Of a DNA stretch of 64,000 nt, positions 10,444 to 20,762 are shown piece after piece; positions within the stretch are counted from its first letter, which is position 1; every line of letters begins with the position of its first letter. Source of the DNA: a virus. The stretch covers positions 13,602 to 77,601 of the IMG/VR virus record IMGVR_UViG_3300028197_001952. One strand, given 5' to 3'. Below the pieces are notes generated by a model, which saw only the letters and a list, made by a program, of their open reading frames with translations, ran no database searches and was not told the DNA's origin. The translations under genes and the position numbers were made by a program.

Positions 10444-11308
10444 TTTTAGGTTTTATGTATTGTCCGTAACGATGTTTATCGTAGTTATTTGATAATTTGT
10501 GCATATCTGATTTGAATTTATCACTTAGTAATGTACCATGTTTTATATTATACATATTTTTTAATTTTCCGGTTTTGTGTAAATTAATAAAATAATCAAC
10601 ATGAGAATATCTTATAATACTGATAAAGTAAGTAACTGGTCTACAATTTAATTTATTATTTATTATATGTTCAGCGGGTGTTATATGTACTCCCACGTTT
10701 GGTTGTATTTTTTTAACATACATATCATCATATATATTAGCGTGTATGTTTATAGCATTTTCATGACCGAATACGCACCAATCATTCATATAAAAATGAG
10801 GTTCATTTATATAACTCTTTGGTTTTGTGGTTAGTTTTTCAGTAATTCCATTTTGAGAATATATTGTATTTGGAGTAATTTGATCGGAGGTGGTATTATT
10901 TATTATGATATTTACACGATGTAACATCTCCAAACTTAAAAATATATCAGGTCTGGTTGATATTACACAATCGTATTTTATATCATATTCATTTTGATAA
11001 TCATTTTTCAATTGATTAACTTTTTTTAATAAATAGGGATATTTTACATAATCTTCATCATGGTTTCCGATTATAGAAGTGCCAATTACCTCATATGCAT
11101 TAAGAAATGAAAAGTTAGATTCTATAACTTTTGTATTTGCATACGAATCATCCCACGTTGATAAGAAAAAATCATATTGCACATCTGGATGTATATCATT
11201 ATACATCTGGAATATTTTAGAAGTAATATCCCAATGACGTAATTGTCCTGCGAGTATTATGGCTATTTTTATTTTCTTTTGTGTAAATTCCCAATTACCC
11301 ATTTCCAT
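10424..11308 (-). CDS. putative glycosyltransferase-like protein ('IAxxLAGQLR' family)
   Basis: KIAIILAGQLR, YDCVISTRPD and MNDWCVFG. Confidence 0.55.
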   Translation of the reverse strand: MEMGNWEFTQKKIKIAIILAGQLRHWDITSKIFQMYNDIHPDVQYDFFLSTWDDSYANTKVIESNFSFLNAYEVIGTSIIGNHDEDYVKYPYLLKKVNQLKNDYQNEYDIKYDCVISTRPDIFLSLEMLHRVNIIINNTTSDQITPNTIYSQNGITEKLTTKPKSYINEPHFYMNDWCVFGHENAINIHANIYDDMYVKKIQPNVGVHITPAEHIINNKLNCRPVTYFISIIRYSHVDYFINLHKTGKLKNMYNIKHGTLLSDKFKSDMHKLSNNYDKHRYGQYIKPKNEQQFL

Positions 11309-12578
11309 ATTTAAATATTTTTTTAATTAAATTATCATTTACACTATAATTATTAATTAAATCAGAATTGTGTTGTAATACCTCCTTCATATCTACAATC
11401 ATATCAAACACCGTTTCAATACTCATCTTTGAAATACTATCTGATATATCCATTATCATTTTTAATCTACGCGTGCCATCAATTTCATCATCGTAAGATT
11501 CATCCCACCATTTTGAAAATGTTTTAAACCCATTTTTTTTCATTTCTTTTAAATGTTGATATGGTCCAAATTGAATTACAGGATGTCCACAAAACATTGG
11601 ATTATATGTAGAACTATGTAAATGACATGCATTTTCTTGAAATGGAAATGCACACATTACCAAACTTATAAGAGAGTTCTTATAATGTATTGGGTCAAAC
11701 GGCAAATCTGCATTAAACGTACCGACTTTATGACCAGGTACACCAACGTTTGTTTCATCCGTAACATCTATGTGAAATGGCATCTTTGATTTTAATGAGT
11801 TTATATTATCGGTTGTTGTTAAATTCTGAAAAGAGTTTCCATAATGCATATCCTGGAATTGTGGGAAACTTACTAAACTATTTTCTAATATATTGTTTTT
11901 ATTCATATGTAACATAAATACATTACGCTCCCATCTATCAGTTCTGTTAACTTTTAGGAAATGTTTTATATTATGTAAGTTATCCTTCTTGTATTTTAAT
12001 TCATCTTCTATAACTATACTATCAGGTAAACATGGTATTTTTTTTAACCTTTGAATATCGTGAACATTATACATAAATGAAAATAGGTTTATATATTTTC
12101 TAATATTATTACTACTCTTCCATTTTTCATGAGTTGATTCTGCTAATAAATTATTAGTTATAAAATATAACTTATCTGCTGGTAGATTTAAATCATCAAT
12201 TGATTTATATATTATATTTAAAAACTCAGTATACGGTGCACCTTCCATTGTATCATCGAATACTAATTTACCATTTCCATTACGAACATTATTTAATATA
12301 ATTTCTGGAATTTTATTTATATGCTTAGCCCATAAATTTGTATTATGATGAACACATACACAATATAAAAATGGCTCTTTAAAATCAAATTCCTTCACAT
12401 GTACTGCATCTGTACCTAATGTATATGGTAAACTTGAATGAGAAAATAAAGGTCTGTTTATCAAAATTCCCCTATTATCAAGTTCTTTAATTTCACTTAC
12501 ATCATCATATAGTTTTAAAATAGAATCAGAAGCATCATGCATACTACATTGATTAAATGTATCAATTAAGTGTTTCAT
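11295..12578 (-). CDS. putative GT-B (GT10-like) glycosyltransferase
   Basis: C-terminal TYNPM..GHP....G....L......GFKTFSKWWDESYD pattern recalls phage glycan-island proteins. Confidence 0.45.
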   Translation of the reverse strand: MKHLIDTFNQCSMHDASDSILKLYDDVSEIKELDNRGILINRPLFSHSSLPYTLGTDAVHVKEFDFKEPFLYCVCVHHNTNLWAKHINKIPEIILNNVRNGNGKLVFDDTMEGAPYTEFLNIIYKSIDDLNLPADKLYFITNNLLAESTHEKWKSSNNIRKYINLFSFMYNVHDIQRLKKIPCLPDSIVIEDELKYKKDNLHNIKHFLKVNRTDRWERNVFMLHMNKNNILENSLVSFPQFQDMHYGNSFQNLTTTDNINSLKSKMPFHIDVTDETNVGVPGHKVGTFNADLPFDPIHYKNSLISLVMCAFPFQENACHLHSSTYNPMFCGHPVIQFGPYQHLKEMKKNGFKTFSKWWDESYDDEIDGTRRLKMIMDISDSISKMSIETVFDMIVDMKEVLQHNSDLINNYSVNDNLIKKIFKYGNG

Positions 12579-13335
12579 CTGATTTTATTTTTTTATTAAT
12601 TACCTTTGCTATATCTATACATTGTTTAATATCTGGATGACCTGTATAATCCCTATATTGTATTTTATAATTTATAACTTTACTAAAATCTATTTTATTA
12701 TATAGAGGTAATAGTTTTTTATTATCTATTATGATGCCTTTTTCCATACTAGTTAACATTGAGTCCCACTCTACAAATCTATACTCAAACCCTTGTTCTT
12801 TTAAGTAAGATTGTAGTAAAACTATGTTAGTAAGATATTTTGTAACTAAATCTAATTCTAAATTTAAATCTAAGTCAACTAATGCTTTGTAGTAGTTAGA
12901 AAAATGCTCTAATACCAAATAGTGCTTATCTGTATCTTTAATAAAACTTTCATAGGAAACATCGAGGATTTCTTTATCATCCATACTTAAGGGAGATTTA
13001 CCCCTTCTCCATGTACTAAATTTAGGTTTAAAATATTCTCCTCTTTCTCCTATATCTCCTGGAGTTATATTAACTGTACTTCTATTAATTAAAAAACCAA
13101 ATCGTTCTTTCCAAGTCAACCCAATTACCACTAAAGTATTACTTGAGTCTAGTTCAGTAAGGTTTACTACTGAGTTCAGTATTATAGATTCCATAGACTG
13201 TCCATTTGCAGCCATGTTTATATGTTCGATATTTAATAGTTTAGAAAGGTGCACAGTCCACCTTTCTTCATCTTTAAGCTTGTCTCCTGCGGTAAAACTA
13301 CATCCATTTGTATATAAATTTTTATATTTATTCAT
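12562..13335 (-). CDS. SGNH-fold protein
   Basis: YTNGCSFTAG, NMAANGQS and a C-terminal GHP. Confidence 0.65.
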   Translation of the reverse strand: MNKYKNLYTNGCSFTAGDKLKDEERWTVHLSKLLNIEHINMAANGQSMESIILNSVVNLTELDSSNTLVVIGLTWKERFGFLINRSTVNITPGDIGERGEYFKPKFSTWRRGKSPLSMDDKEILDVSYESFIKDTDKHYLVLEHFSNYYKALVDLDLNLELDLVTKYLTNIVLLQSYLKEQGFEYRFVEWDSMLTSMEKGIIIDNKKLLPLYNKIDFSKVINYKIQYRDYTGHPDIKQCIDIAKVINKKIKSDETLN

Positions 13336-14158
13336 TTAAATGTTCTTTTAAATAAGTTGCCCACTTCTGATGTGATAGTTCGGTTGGGTGATGATTATCA
13401 AATAAATCATCTTGTTTATTTTCATTTAGTGTTGTAAGTATAAATTCTTTAAATGTTATATCTAGGAAATTGCTTTTACGTAATTTTATGTATTGTTTTT
13501 TTATTTGAAGATTTTCCGATGAGAATGGTATTCTTTTAATTGCTTTTATTAAATTAACACTATCTAATATACCATGCTTTTGTGGGTCGTTTGTTGCTTC
13601 AAATGTTTCATAAAATGCATCAAAAAATATATGTTTTATATTATGTGAATTTAAGTAAGTATGTATATTGATATTTTGAATTAAGTATCTCATAATATAC
13701 TCTTCTTGATTCCAAAAATAAGTAGTATATAATTTGGTAAATTCTTCAAATCCATTAGATGGTGTATGGATAGCAGGTGATGCTGGATATATAGTTTCCC
13801 ACCTACCTGAATCAGATTCATTCATTATATCTTTATAATAGAAATCCTTTCTTTCAGGAGAAGTCCATCCTACTATTACAAAAATTTCATCTGCATTATA
13901 TTTTTCTAATAAATTTCCAACTTGTGATATTACTCTTTTTTCTATACCATCATTAGATGAACCTGCATGTGAAGTATTACGTACCTCAATATTAGTTAGT
14001 TTTGATAACTTATCCGGCCATACTTTTGGTAATCGGTATGCATCATTATCTCTGTGGTCAATATTTGTGATACCACGTGCTTCTAATTTAGGATCTAAAA
14101 TATCACCTGCTGTCCAACTATCTCCCTCTGTTAGTATTATTTTTATATTATTAGTCAT
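13328..14158 (-). CDS. SGNH-fold protein
   Basis: EGDSWTAG, AGSSN, VGWTSPER and HHPTELSH. Start placed at MTNNIK (ORF track extends to 14200). Confidence 0.7.
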   Translation of the reverse strand: MTNNIKIILTEGDSWTAGDILDPKLEARGITNIDHRDNDAYRLPKVWPDKLSKLTNIEVRNTSHAGSSNDGIEKRVISQVGNLLEKYNADEIFVIVGWTSPERKDFYYKDIMNESDSGRWETIYPASPAIHTPSNGFEEFTKLYTTYFWNQEEYIMRYLIQNINIHTYLNSHNIKHIFFDAFYETFEATNDPQKHGILDSVNLIKAIKRIPFSSENLQIKKQYIKLRKSNFLDITFKEFILTTLNENKQDDLFDNHHPTELSHQKWATYLKEHLNE

Positions 14159-14918
14159 TCCCAACCCATTCGTTTTTGAATAAAACAGGATGATTTCCAT
14201 TACCAGACATATCCATTAACTTATAATAGGTTCGTTTTGAAAAATCACTACAAAATACATTTCTTAAACTAGTCATATATCCCTGTGCTTTTTCTAACCA
14301 AGAATTATAATCAGTAAAGAATTCATTCCAACTCAGCTCATCTGCCTCACTACGTTGAATACTTATTTTTGAAATATCTCCATGAAATATTGATCTGTGG
14401 GTTTCTGCTATTAATGTTGCACAACCTATCCATGTGTAAGAATTTGAATAATCAATTATATTATCATAGTTCATTTTTACAGAATTCTCAGAGGTAGTTT
14501 CTATTAATGTAAATTCTTTTTTATTCACGTTGTGATTTAAAACAACATCATAATATCTGTCTAGTTCATCACCATTAGTACCGAAATCCCAATTTAAATC
14601 GAACTCCATGCGTTTTTCTACATCCGTTCCTGTTTCGATATCGTGTGACCAAAAAACCCATCCTATTTTTTTGTGTACATTACCTCCTTCTCCCTTATAT
14701 CCGTTATGAAATATTCCAGCATGTTTACCATTCTTTGCAATTATTGCTCCATTGTATACACCTGTTTCTTCTATAATTTTATTTATTTTTTTTACATCTG
14801 GTTTAAATCTACAATATATAGAAAAATCTCCCTTAAGCAAATCTTGCATTTCATGGTTAACTAAATTATACTTATCTCCGTTTGTAAAGAAAAATATTTT
14901 GTTTTCATCTATTATCAT
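14151..14918 (-). CDS. stand-alone LamG/concanavalin A-like domain protein
   Basis: FSIYCRFKP, FHGDISKISI and DMSGNGNH are typical of LamG-like jelly rolls. Confidence 0.6.
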   Translation of the reverse strand: MIIDENKIFFFTNGDKYNLVNHEMQDLLKGDFSIYCRFKPDVKKINKIIEETGVYNGAIIAKNGKHAGIFHNGYKGEGGNVHKKIGWVFWSHDIETGTDVEKRMEFDLNWDFGTNGDELDRYYDVVLNHNVNKKEFTLIETTSENSVKMNYDNIIDYSNSYTWIGCATLIAETHRSIFHGDISKISIQRSEADELSWNEFFTDYNSWLEKAQGYMTSLRNVFCSDFSKRTYYKLMDMSGNGNHPVLFKNEWVGND

Positions 14919-16348
14919 AATTTTATAGTTTGTGTTTGTTCGTAAAAATCTGCCAGTTCTGGATAAACTTCTTTAAAATTAGTTTCTCTACGTCTATCAT
15001 GTTCTTTAAAAAACACTCCAAAATCACGTCTTTGTTTTAATAACTCTTCTTCATTTCTATCGGTAAGCATCCAATCATATGTTCTTTTTACTTTTTGTAT
15101 CTCAACATCAGAATATCCAACGTGTTGATGTTCAAATTTTGGAATACCGAGATAATTCATATGACTTGCTGCATCTTTTATTTTTATAGCCCATTCTTCT
15201 GGTAAAATCTTTACAGTTTGGTGTTTAGGATATCGTAAATAAGATGTATCTAAAAATACTGCAGAGTTCCAATATCTATCACTTGAAGTGTATTTCATCT
15301 TTAAACCATAAATATAATCTATTAATTCTTTATAACTTGGTACTGATAGTGCATTAAAAGTTGACATTACTGTGATACTAATTCGTTTACAACTTGAAAG
15401 AATTTTATTTACATTTTTATCAAACTGTTCCCAATTTAATCCGTTTCTAATGTACTCTGCTTGTTCTCCATACCCATCAACTGATGTGAATATAATAAAT
15501 TCTTCTACAAGTTCCTTTTCTTCAATTGCTTGAATCTTTTCTATTAATCTATCAACTAATTTATCAGGAATTCCTAAATTAGAATTTATTGCTAATCTTA
15601 ATTTTTTATTTGGGTTAGGTTCGTTTATAATATAATCTAAAACTCCCCAAGTATCTTTACTCATAAGTGGTTCTCCACCTGTGATTCTAAAAGTATGTAA
15701 ATCTCTATATAAATCTGGCCACCATCTCCAAAATGCTTCTACATAAGGATTTTCTTCTGTATGTAATATAGGAACTTTACCCTCTCCAATCAAACCTTCC
15801 AAATCATTAAATTTATCAAGTGTTGGATATGCTCCTTCTGCTTTTATTTCTTGCATCCATGCTGATGAAAACGAAGGTCCACAATATGAACATTTAAAGT
15901 TACAAGCATTTGAGAAAGCAACTTCTACATATTTTGGATTATAATCTCCTCTCCAGCCCAAATCTTTAATTTCTTGCATATGAGGAAGTGACCAAGATTC
16001 TGCTGATTTAAATACTCTATCTGAAAACTGAGGTGATGCATCTTCAACATCCCAACAATAATGACACTCTTCAGGCCTTCCACCTTCTAACATTTCTTTA
16101 CGAATACGTTTTTTAAAACGTGTGTTGTGTAGTGCAGAAGGATTTCGTTTTATCTCACTTTCATTTATCTTATGTGTTGTTGGGTGATGACAAGAATGAG
16201 TATGTCCCATTTGTAAGTGAATTGTAACTTGTGTCCATTTAGCTAAACAGAATCCACATCCTTGTGCATCAAGTTCTTTTTTGGTATTCACATATATTGG
16301 ATTGTTAGCAAAAGCTAAAGAAGGATCTAATTTTGGAGTTTCACTCAT
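14915..16348 (-). CDS. radical SAM protein with N-terminal twitch/SPASM-like cluster
   Basis: CLAKW..SCHH..ECHYCW, then CNFKCSYC and TGGEPL. Confidence 0.9.
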   Translation of the reverse strand: MSETPKLDPSLAFANNPIYVNTKKELDAQGCGFCLAKWTQVTIHLQMGHTHSCHHPTTHKINESEIKRNPSALHNTRFKKRIRKEMLEGGRPEECHYCWDVEDASPQFSDRVFKSAESWSLPHMQEIKDLGWRGDYNPKYVEVAFSNACNFKCSYCGPSFSSAWMQEIKAEGAYPTLDKFNDLEGLIGEGKVPILHTEENPYVEAFWRWWPDLYRDLHTFRITGGEPLMSKDTWGVLDYIINEPNPNKKLRLAINSNLGIPDKLVDRLIEKIQAIEEKELVEEFIIFTSVDGYGEQAEYIRNGLNWEQFDKNVNKILSSCKRISITVMSTFNALSVPSYKELIDYIYGLKMKYTSSDRYWNSAVFLDTSYLRYPKHQTVKILPEEWAIKIKDAASHMNYLGIPKFEHQHVGYSDVEIQKVKRTYDWMLTDRNEEELLKQRRDFGVFFKEHDRRRETNFKEVYPELADFYEQTQTIKL

Positions 16349-17820
16349 AATTTTACGTTTATTAATTTTGCTTTTGTTGATATTTCTTCAATATCTAATA
16401 ACTCATATTTCAATTGTTTGATACCATCTGATTTATAATCCCATGTTCCTTGTTGCATCTCGTGGATGTATCTTTTCTCGTTTCGAGCAGTAGTTTCTCC
16501 CTTTGCCCATACATCGTTTCCACTTGAATCTTTAATCATTCCTTCATCTTGATGTGGTAAACAATTCATTTTACCATCTTTACGATGAGGTATAATAGTA
16601 TGTGGAATTTTAATTTTTTCTTTATTAAACATTCCTCTTGTTATTTTACCATTTATACCATTACCACTTAAATCAATGGCCATTCTCGTTGAATTAACTT
16701 GTTCTTTGTTGTTAAAATCATAATGTAACACGAGTTTATCAGTTGAGATTTCCTTATGTAATTTTGAAATTTCATTAGAATCTAAACATCGATTCCACAT
16801 CATTACTTTAGCTATATCACCCTTAAACCATTTGTTTGGTTCTGTTCTAGCAGTTGAGGTTGTTGTTCCTAAATAATAATCATCTAATCCATATGATTTT
16901 AATCTATCTTCATATTTAAGTGGTGATTGTGTGCCATGACCATGTCTTGCATCTGATTCTTTTCCATTTAAATAGAAATGTATATTTTGTTTAGATGTAT
17001 CAACACTTAGTGTAATCCATGCCCATTGGTTTTCATATCTTTTTATCCATTGATATAAATGATTCTGAGTACTATCCCATAATTGAGCAGTATATGCTCT
17101 TGAATTATTATAACTCAATCCATAATCATATCCTGGTCTTCTTAGAATTGGATATTCACAAAATCTTCTATCTTCATCACCTATTAACCAAATTGGAACT
17201 TTTTCTTCTTGTTGATTTGCTCTTACTAAAACGGAAATTGTATGTGAACGAGATGTTAATGATTTTAATTTTTTATGTTTTGGTATTTTTACAAAACTGT
17301 TTTTACCATTAAATGATAAGTAGTTATTTAATGTACCTGAGTAATCAAGATAAGTATTATTTGCATATCCCTCTAAATTACATCTCCAAAATAAATCATC
17401 ATCTTCCATTCCCCAATCCCAATAATCATTTGAATAACCATTAGTTTTTTCTACTTGTTCTTTTGAAAATAAAACTGCTCCTCCAAAGTATTCTTCATAC
17501 TTTAGATTATAATCCATTTGAGATATTGAAGTTGCAATATGTATTGGAGTTGTTTTAGGAAACGAATAATCAGCACCTCCCCCGTCTTCAGGTATCATAT
17601 CGATATCATGCCAAACAATATAATCACACCCATCTTCAAACGCATGTTTAGCAGCAACATTTTTCATAGCTCCCCTATTAAAAAGTTTATCATCACATTG
17701 ATGACCAAAGTACATACAATACTCTATTCCTTTAGAGTCCAAATATGCTCCTACTTTTGGTACAAACTCTTTTAAATGAGCTTCTCTGTTTCTATAAGGA
17801 ACACAAACTCCTAGTTTCAT
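16345..17820 (-). CDS. GT7 (beta-1,4-galactosyltransferase family) with internal LamG domain
   Basis: VPYRNR, FNRG, HDID, YFGG and NGYSNDYWDWGMEDDD, then a LamG segment (FYLNG, FKGDI, DLSGNG), then the GT7 tail (SDGIKQLKY). Confidence 0.85.
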   Translation of the reverse strand: MKLGVCVPYRNREAHLKEFVPKVGAYLDSKGIEYCMYFGHQCDDKLFNRGAMKNVAAKHAFEDGCDYIVWHDIDMIPEDGGGADYSFPKTTPIHIATSISQMDYNLKYEEYFGGAVLFSKEQVEKTNGYSNDYWDWGMEDDDLFWRCNLEGYANNTYLDYSGTLNNYLSFNGKNSFVKIPKHKKLKSLTSRSHTISVLVRANQQEEKVPIWLIGDEDRRFCEYPILRRPGYDYGLSYNNSRAYTAQLWDSTQNHLYQWIKRYENQWAWITLSVDTSKQNIHFYLNGKESDARHGHGTQSPLKYEDRLKSYGLDDYYLGTTTSTARTEPNKWFKGDIAKVMMWNRCLDSNEISKLHKEISTDKLVLHYDFNNKEQVNSTRMAIDLSGNGINGKITRGMFNKEKIKIPHTIIPHRKDGKMNCLPHQDEGMIKDSSGNDVWAKGETTARNEKRYIHEMQQGTWDYKSDGIKQLKYELLDIEEISTKAKLINVKL

Positions 17821-18230
17821 ATTGTATCTGATATTAGCTTTTTAAACTTGGTTGTACTCCAACCATGTGAACGGTCTATCCAATGAATAAGTATACCCAA
17901 ATCTTTTCCTGTATATGGATTATCTATATAATCCTCTCCTAAAAATCTTACATCAGGATTAATTGATTTTAATAAAAAATATAACTCTTCTTCGGTATCA
18001 TAAGTTAAGAAAGTAGGATTGGTAAAAAAATATTTTAACATACTCTTACGTTCTTCTGTATTTAAGATTGGTTTTAATTTTTCAGGTCTTTGTATTTGTG
18101 GATTATCATGTAACAAAATATATTGGTTCGTACATTTATTATTCATCTCTTCAAATAGCTGGATATAACCTGGATGTATCACATCAAAGTTTCCACAAAT
18201 TACTCCTATTTCTAATTTACTTACTTCCAT
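17817..18230 (-). CDS. cytidylyltransferase (TagD/RfaE-like)
   Basis: GNFDVIHPGY, EER, LGEDY and RSHGWSTT. Confidence 0.85.
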   Translation of the reverse strand: MEVSKLEIGVICGNFDVIHPGYIQLFEEMNNKCTNQYILLHDNPQIQRPEKLKPILNTEERKSMLKYFFTNPTFLTYDTEEELYFLLKSINPDVRFLGEDYIDNPYTGKDLGILIHWIDRSHGWSTTKFKKLISDTI

Positions 18231-19660
18231 AGTTCTACTGATATAAAATAATAATTATCCATTTTTGTATCTGATAATAATTTAAATCTAACATTATCAA
18301 TTCCATCTCGTTTATAATCAGATTTTCCGTTTAATACTTTGTTATAAAAATGTAATTGATTTTTTCTTGTATCTGTCCAAGTCCATTTGTTTTCATAGAA
18401 TCCATTTTCTTTATGATATAACAATTCAAAGGTAGAATCTCTTCTCCATGGTATTGGTATTGACATAAAATCATTAACTTGTTGAATTGGTACTTTACCA
18501 CAATCCATAACTTCGGCAGTTCTACCTTTTCGGTTTCCACTTAAGTCAGGAATACTAGAATAAGTTGCAGTTTTCATATCATAACATACTTCAAGAGTAT
18601 GTGGTACAATATAATCACCAAATGCTTCTGTAAGACCCATTGATTTGTTTGTAGATATTTCCTTAATTTGAGCTTCCTCTAGTGAATGATTAAACATTGC
18701 GAAATAATCAACTGTTCCACCGAAAGGTCTTCTATTATTAAATTCCAATGAAGGAGAATCACCCAAGTACATCTTCTTTTCAGAAGCATAGTTTAATAAC
18801 TTACCAGGAAATTCAATTAAATCTATTAGTTCACCATCTTGATAAAATTTAATAACATTATCATCTTGATTTACAGTAACACATAATGTAGTTTGCTTTG
18901 GAGGAGATATGTTTGATTTTAAACTTATACACTCTTTATCGGTATTAAATACTTCAAATTTATATCTTTTATATGAATTATAAGAAAAACTTAAATCATA
19001 TCCAGGAATACAGAAAAGATTATACTCATCTGATGGGAATCCTTCGTTACATTGAATTTCATTTGGTTCAAAAGAACATAATATAGTGTAGTTTTTTAAC
19101 CTAAAAGGTTTAGGCATAGTAACCTTACTAGTATATCCATTGAGTTCTAATGCAGCTGAAGAGTGTGAATTTAATGGTAGTTCTTTTGTGTTAAAATCAG
19201 TAAAGTTTTCCTTACATCTCCAAAGTAAATCATCATCCTCATAACCCCATCCCCAATATTTGTTAGAATACCCATTTATATGATAATAATCATTTATTGG
19301 AAACATAGTAACACCACCAAAATATTCATCAAAAACAATACGTTTCTGCTTTTTGTAGTGGTTTGATGTGAAATCAGTTGCAAGATGTGTAGGTCTATCT
19401 ACTATCGAATAATCGACCTCTGAACTTGGTATCATGTCAACATCATGTAGTACTACATAGTTACACCCAAGTTCCTTAGCTTTATTCACACCTATGTTTA
19501 ATAGAGAACCTCGATTGAACGGAAGTTCATCGGATTGTTCTACTATAATCAATTCATAATCTATCTTAGATTTATTGAAATGATTTTTTATAGATGTTGT
19601 AAAGTGATTTAGGTGCGTTCTACGATTCCTATATGGTACAATGATACCAAGTTTATTCAT
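18221..19660 (-). CDS. GT7 glycosyltransferase with internal LamG domain (paralog)
   Basis: IVPYRNR, FNRG, HDVD, YFGG and YWGWGYEDDD; LamG segment (FYQDG, DLSGN); RDGIDNVRF tail. Confidence 0.85.
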   Translation of the reverse strand: MNKLGIIVPYRNRRTHLNHFTTSIKNHFNKSKIDYELIIVEQSDELPFNRGSLLNIGVNKAKELGCNYVVLHDVDMIPSSEVDYSIVDRPTHLATDFTSNHYKKQKRIVFDEYFGGVTMFPINDYYHINGYSNKYWGWGYEDDDLLWRCKENFTDFNTKELPLNSHSSAALELNGYTSKVTMPKPFRLKNYTILCSFEPNEIQCNEGFPSDEYNLFCIPGYDLSFSYNSYKRYKFEVFNTDKECISLKSNISPPKQTTLCVTVNQDDNVIKFYQDGELIDLIEFPGKLLNYASEKKMYLGDSPSLEFNNRRPFGGTVDYFAMFNHSLEEAQIKEISTNKSMGLTEAFGDYIVPHTLEVCYDMKTATYSSIPDLSGNRKGRTAEVMDCGKVPIQQVNDFMSIPIPWRRDSTFELLYHKENGFYENKWTWTDTRKNQLHFYNKVLNGKSDYKRDGIDNVRFKLLSDTKMDNYYFISVELWK

Positions 19661-19670
19661 CGATACTTAT

Positions 19671-19856
19671 TTATTTTTTTAGAGGTTTGATTGTACTCTC
19701 ATACCACTCAGACATGTACCACTCTAATCTGGGACCCCATGCTTCTTTATCAATCTCTTCTACCCACAATGTAAGTGCATCTAAGGAATTACCGATTTTT
19801 TCAAGTGCTTTTACTTTTCTTTCTTCTAAAATTTGTGAAGTTTCATCTTTTGCCAT
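19671..19856 (-). CDS. small hypothetical protein
   Basis: 61-aa ORF downstream of a late-type motif. Confidence 0.55.
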   Translation of the reverse strand: MAKDETSQILEERKVKALEKIGNSLDALTLWVEEIDKEAWGPRLEWYMSEWYESTIKPLKK

Positions 19857-19913
19857 AACGTAAATTAATTAATTGTTTTTGTTTTTGTTTGTTGTATATA
19901 AATATATAAATTA

Positions 19914-20762
19914 CTAAATTTTAATAATTTTTCTTGCTAATCTATTCCACTTTGAGTAATCGAAATGAAAATTACTTTCCATTTTTTCTAGCATAAATTC
20001 AGGATTGTTAATATCAATTTTCCAATCGTTAATCTGAATAGCCTTGTACATCTTTTTATACTCTTCCCAAAAGGAATATTTTTCTTCAGTTTCAGAAACT
20101 TCTTTTAATCGTTCTAAAACGGTTGAATCCCACTTAAAGTGATGAACTTGTATAAATCCTTCACCTCTACCAATTGGGTATCTGAGAGGATGTTTAAATC
20201 CCTTCTTACCCCATACATGAGATTTGTTTATGATTGCATAATGTTGACCAGGTGTTACATCCACCGAACCTTTCATTATACAAACTTTATTTGGACAAGC
20301 ACCACTCATTGGATATCTAAAAAATCCAGCGAGTGGAAACTCACTCCATATATTAGTTTCTTTTGTCACCAAAGGAAACTCTCCGTTCTCTCCTATCCTA
20401 TCGAGAAAACCTCCTGTAATGAATTCCCATCCACCCTTTTCACAATCAGAAATCATTTCTCTGATTGGTTTGGGGTAAATATGGAATTCATCATCATCCG
20501 AAACCACCCACCATTCAAGGGGCTTGGTTCGTTTAATTTCGTTATATAATTGAGTTACTCTTTCCCAATTAAATTTTTCTTCTGTTACTACTTTATGTGG
20601 GGTTATTCCGAGGGATTTTATTTCATCTAAAATGCCATCGTTTTCATGTTGTCTATAAACAACAACATAAATTTCATCAACAATGTTTTTGTAGTGTTCC
20701 AACATATGTGGAAGCATTGTGATGTTATGACCAACAACTGTTACAAGATTTATCCTTTGCAT
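19914..20762 (-). CDS. GT2-like glycosyltransferase
   Basis: LEHY, WWVVSDDDEF, PGQH and HHFKW. Confidence 0.7.
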   Translation of the reverse strand: MQRINLVTVVGHNITMLPHMLEHYKNIVDEIYVVVYRQHENDGILDEIKSLGITPHKVVTEEKFNWERVTQLYNEIKRTKPLEWWVVSDDDEFHIYPKPIREMISDCEKGGWEFITGGFLDRIGENGEFPLVTKETNIWSEFPLAGFFRYPMSGACPNKVCIMKGSVDVTPGQHYAIINKSHVWGKKGFKHPLRYPIGRGEGFIQVHHFKWDSTVLERLKEVSETEEKYSFWEEYKKMYKAIQINDWKIDINNPEFMLEKMESNFHFDYSKWNRLARKIIKI

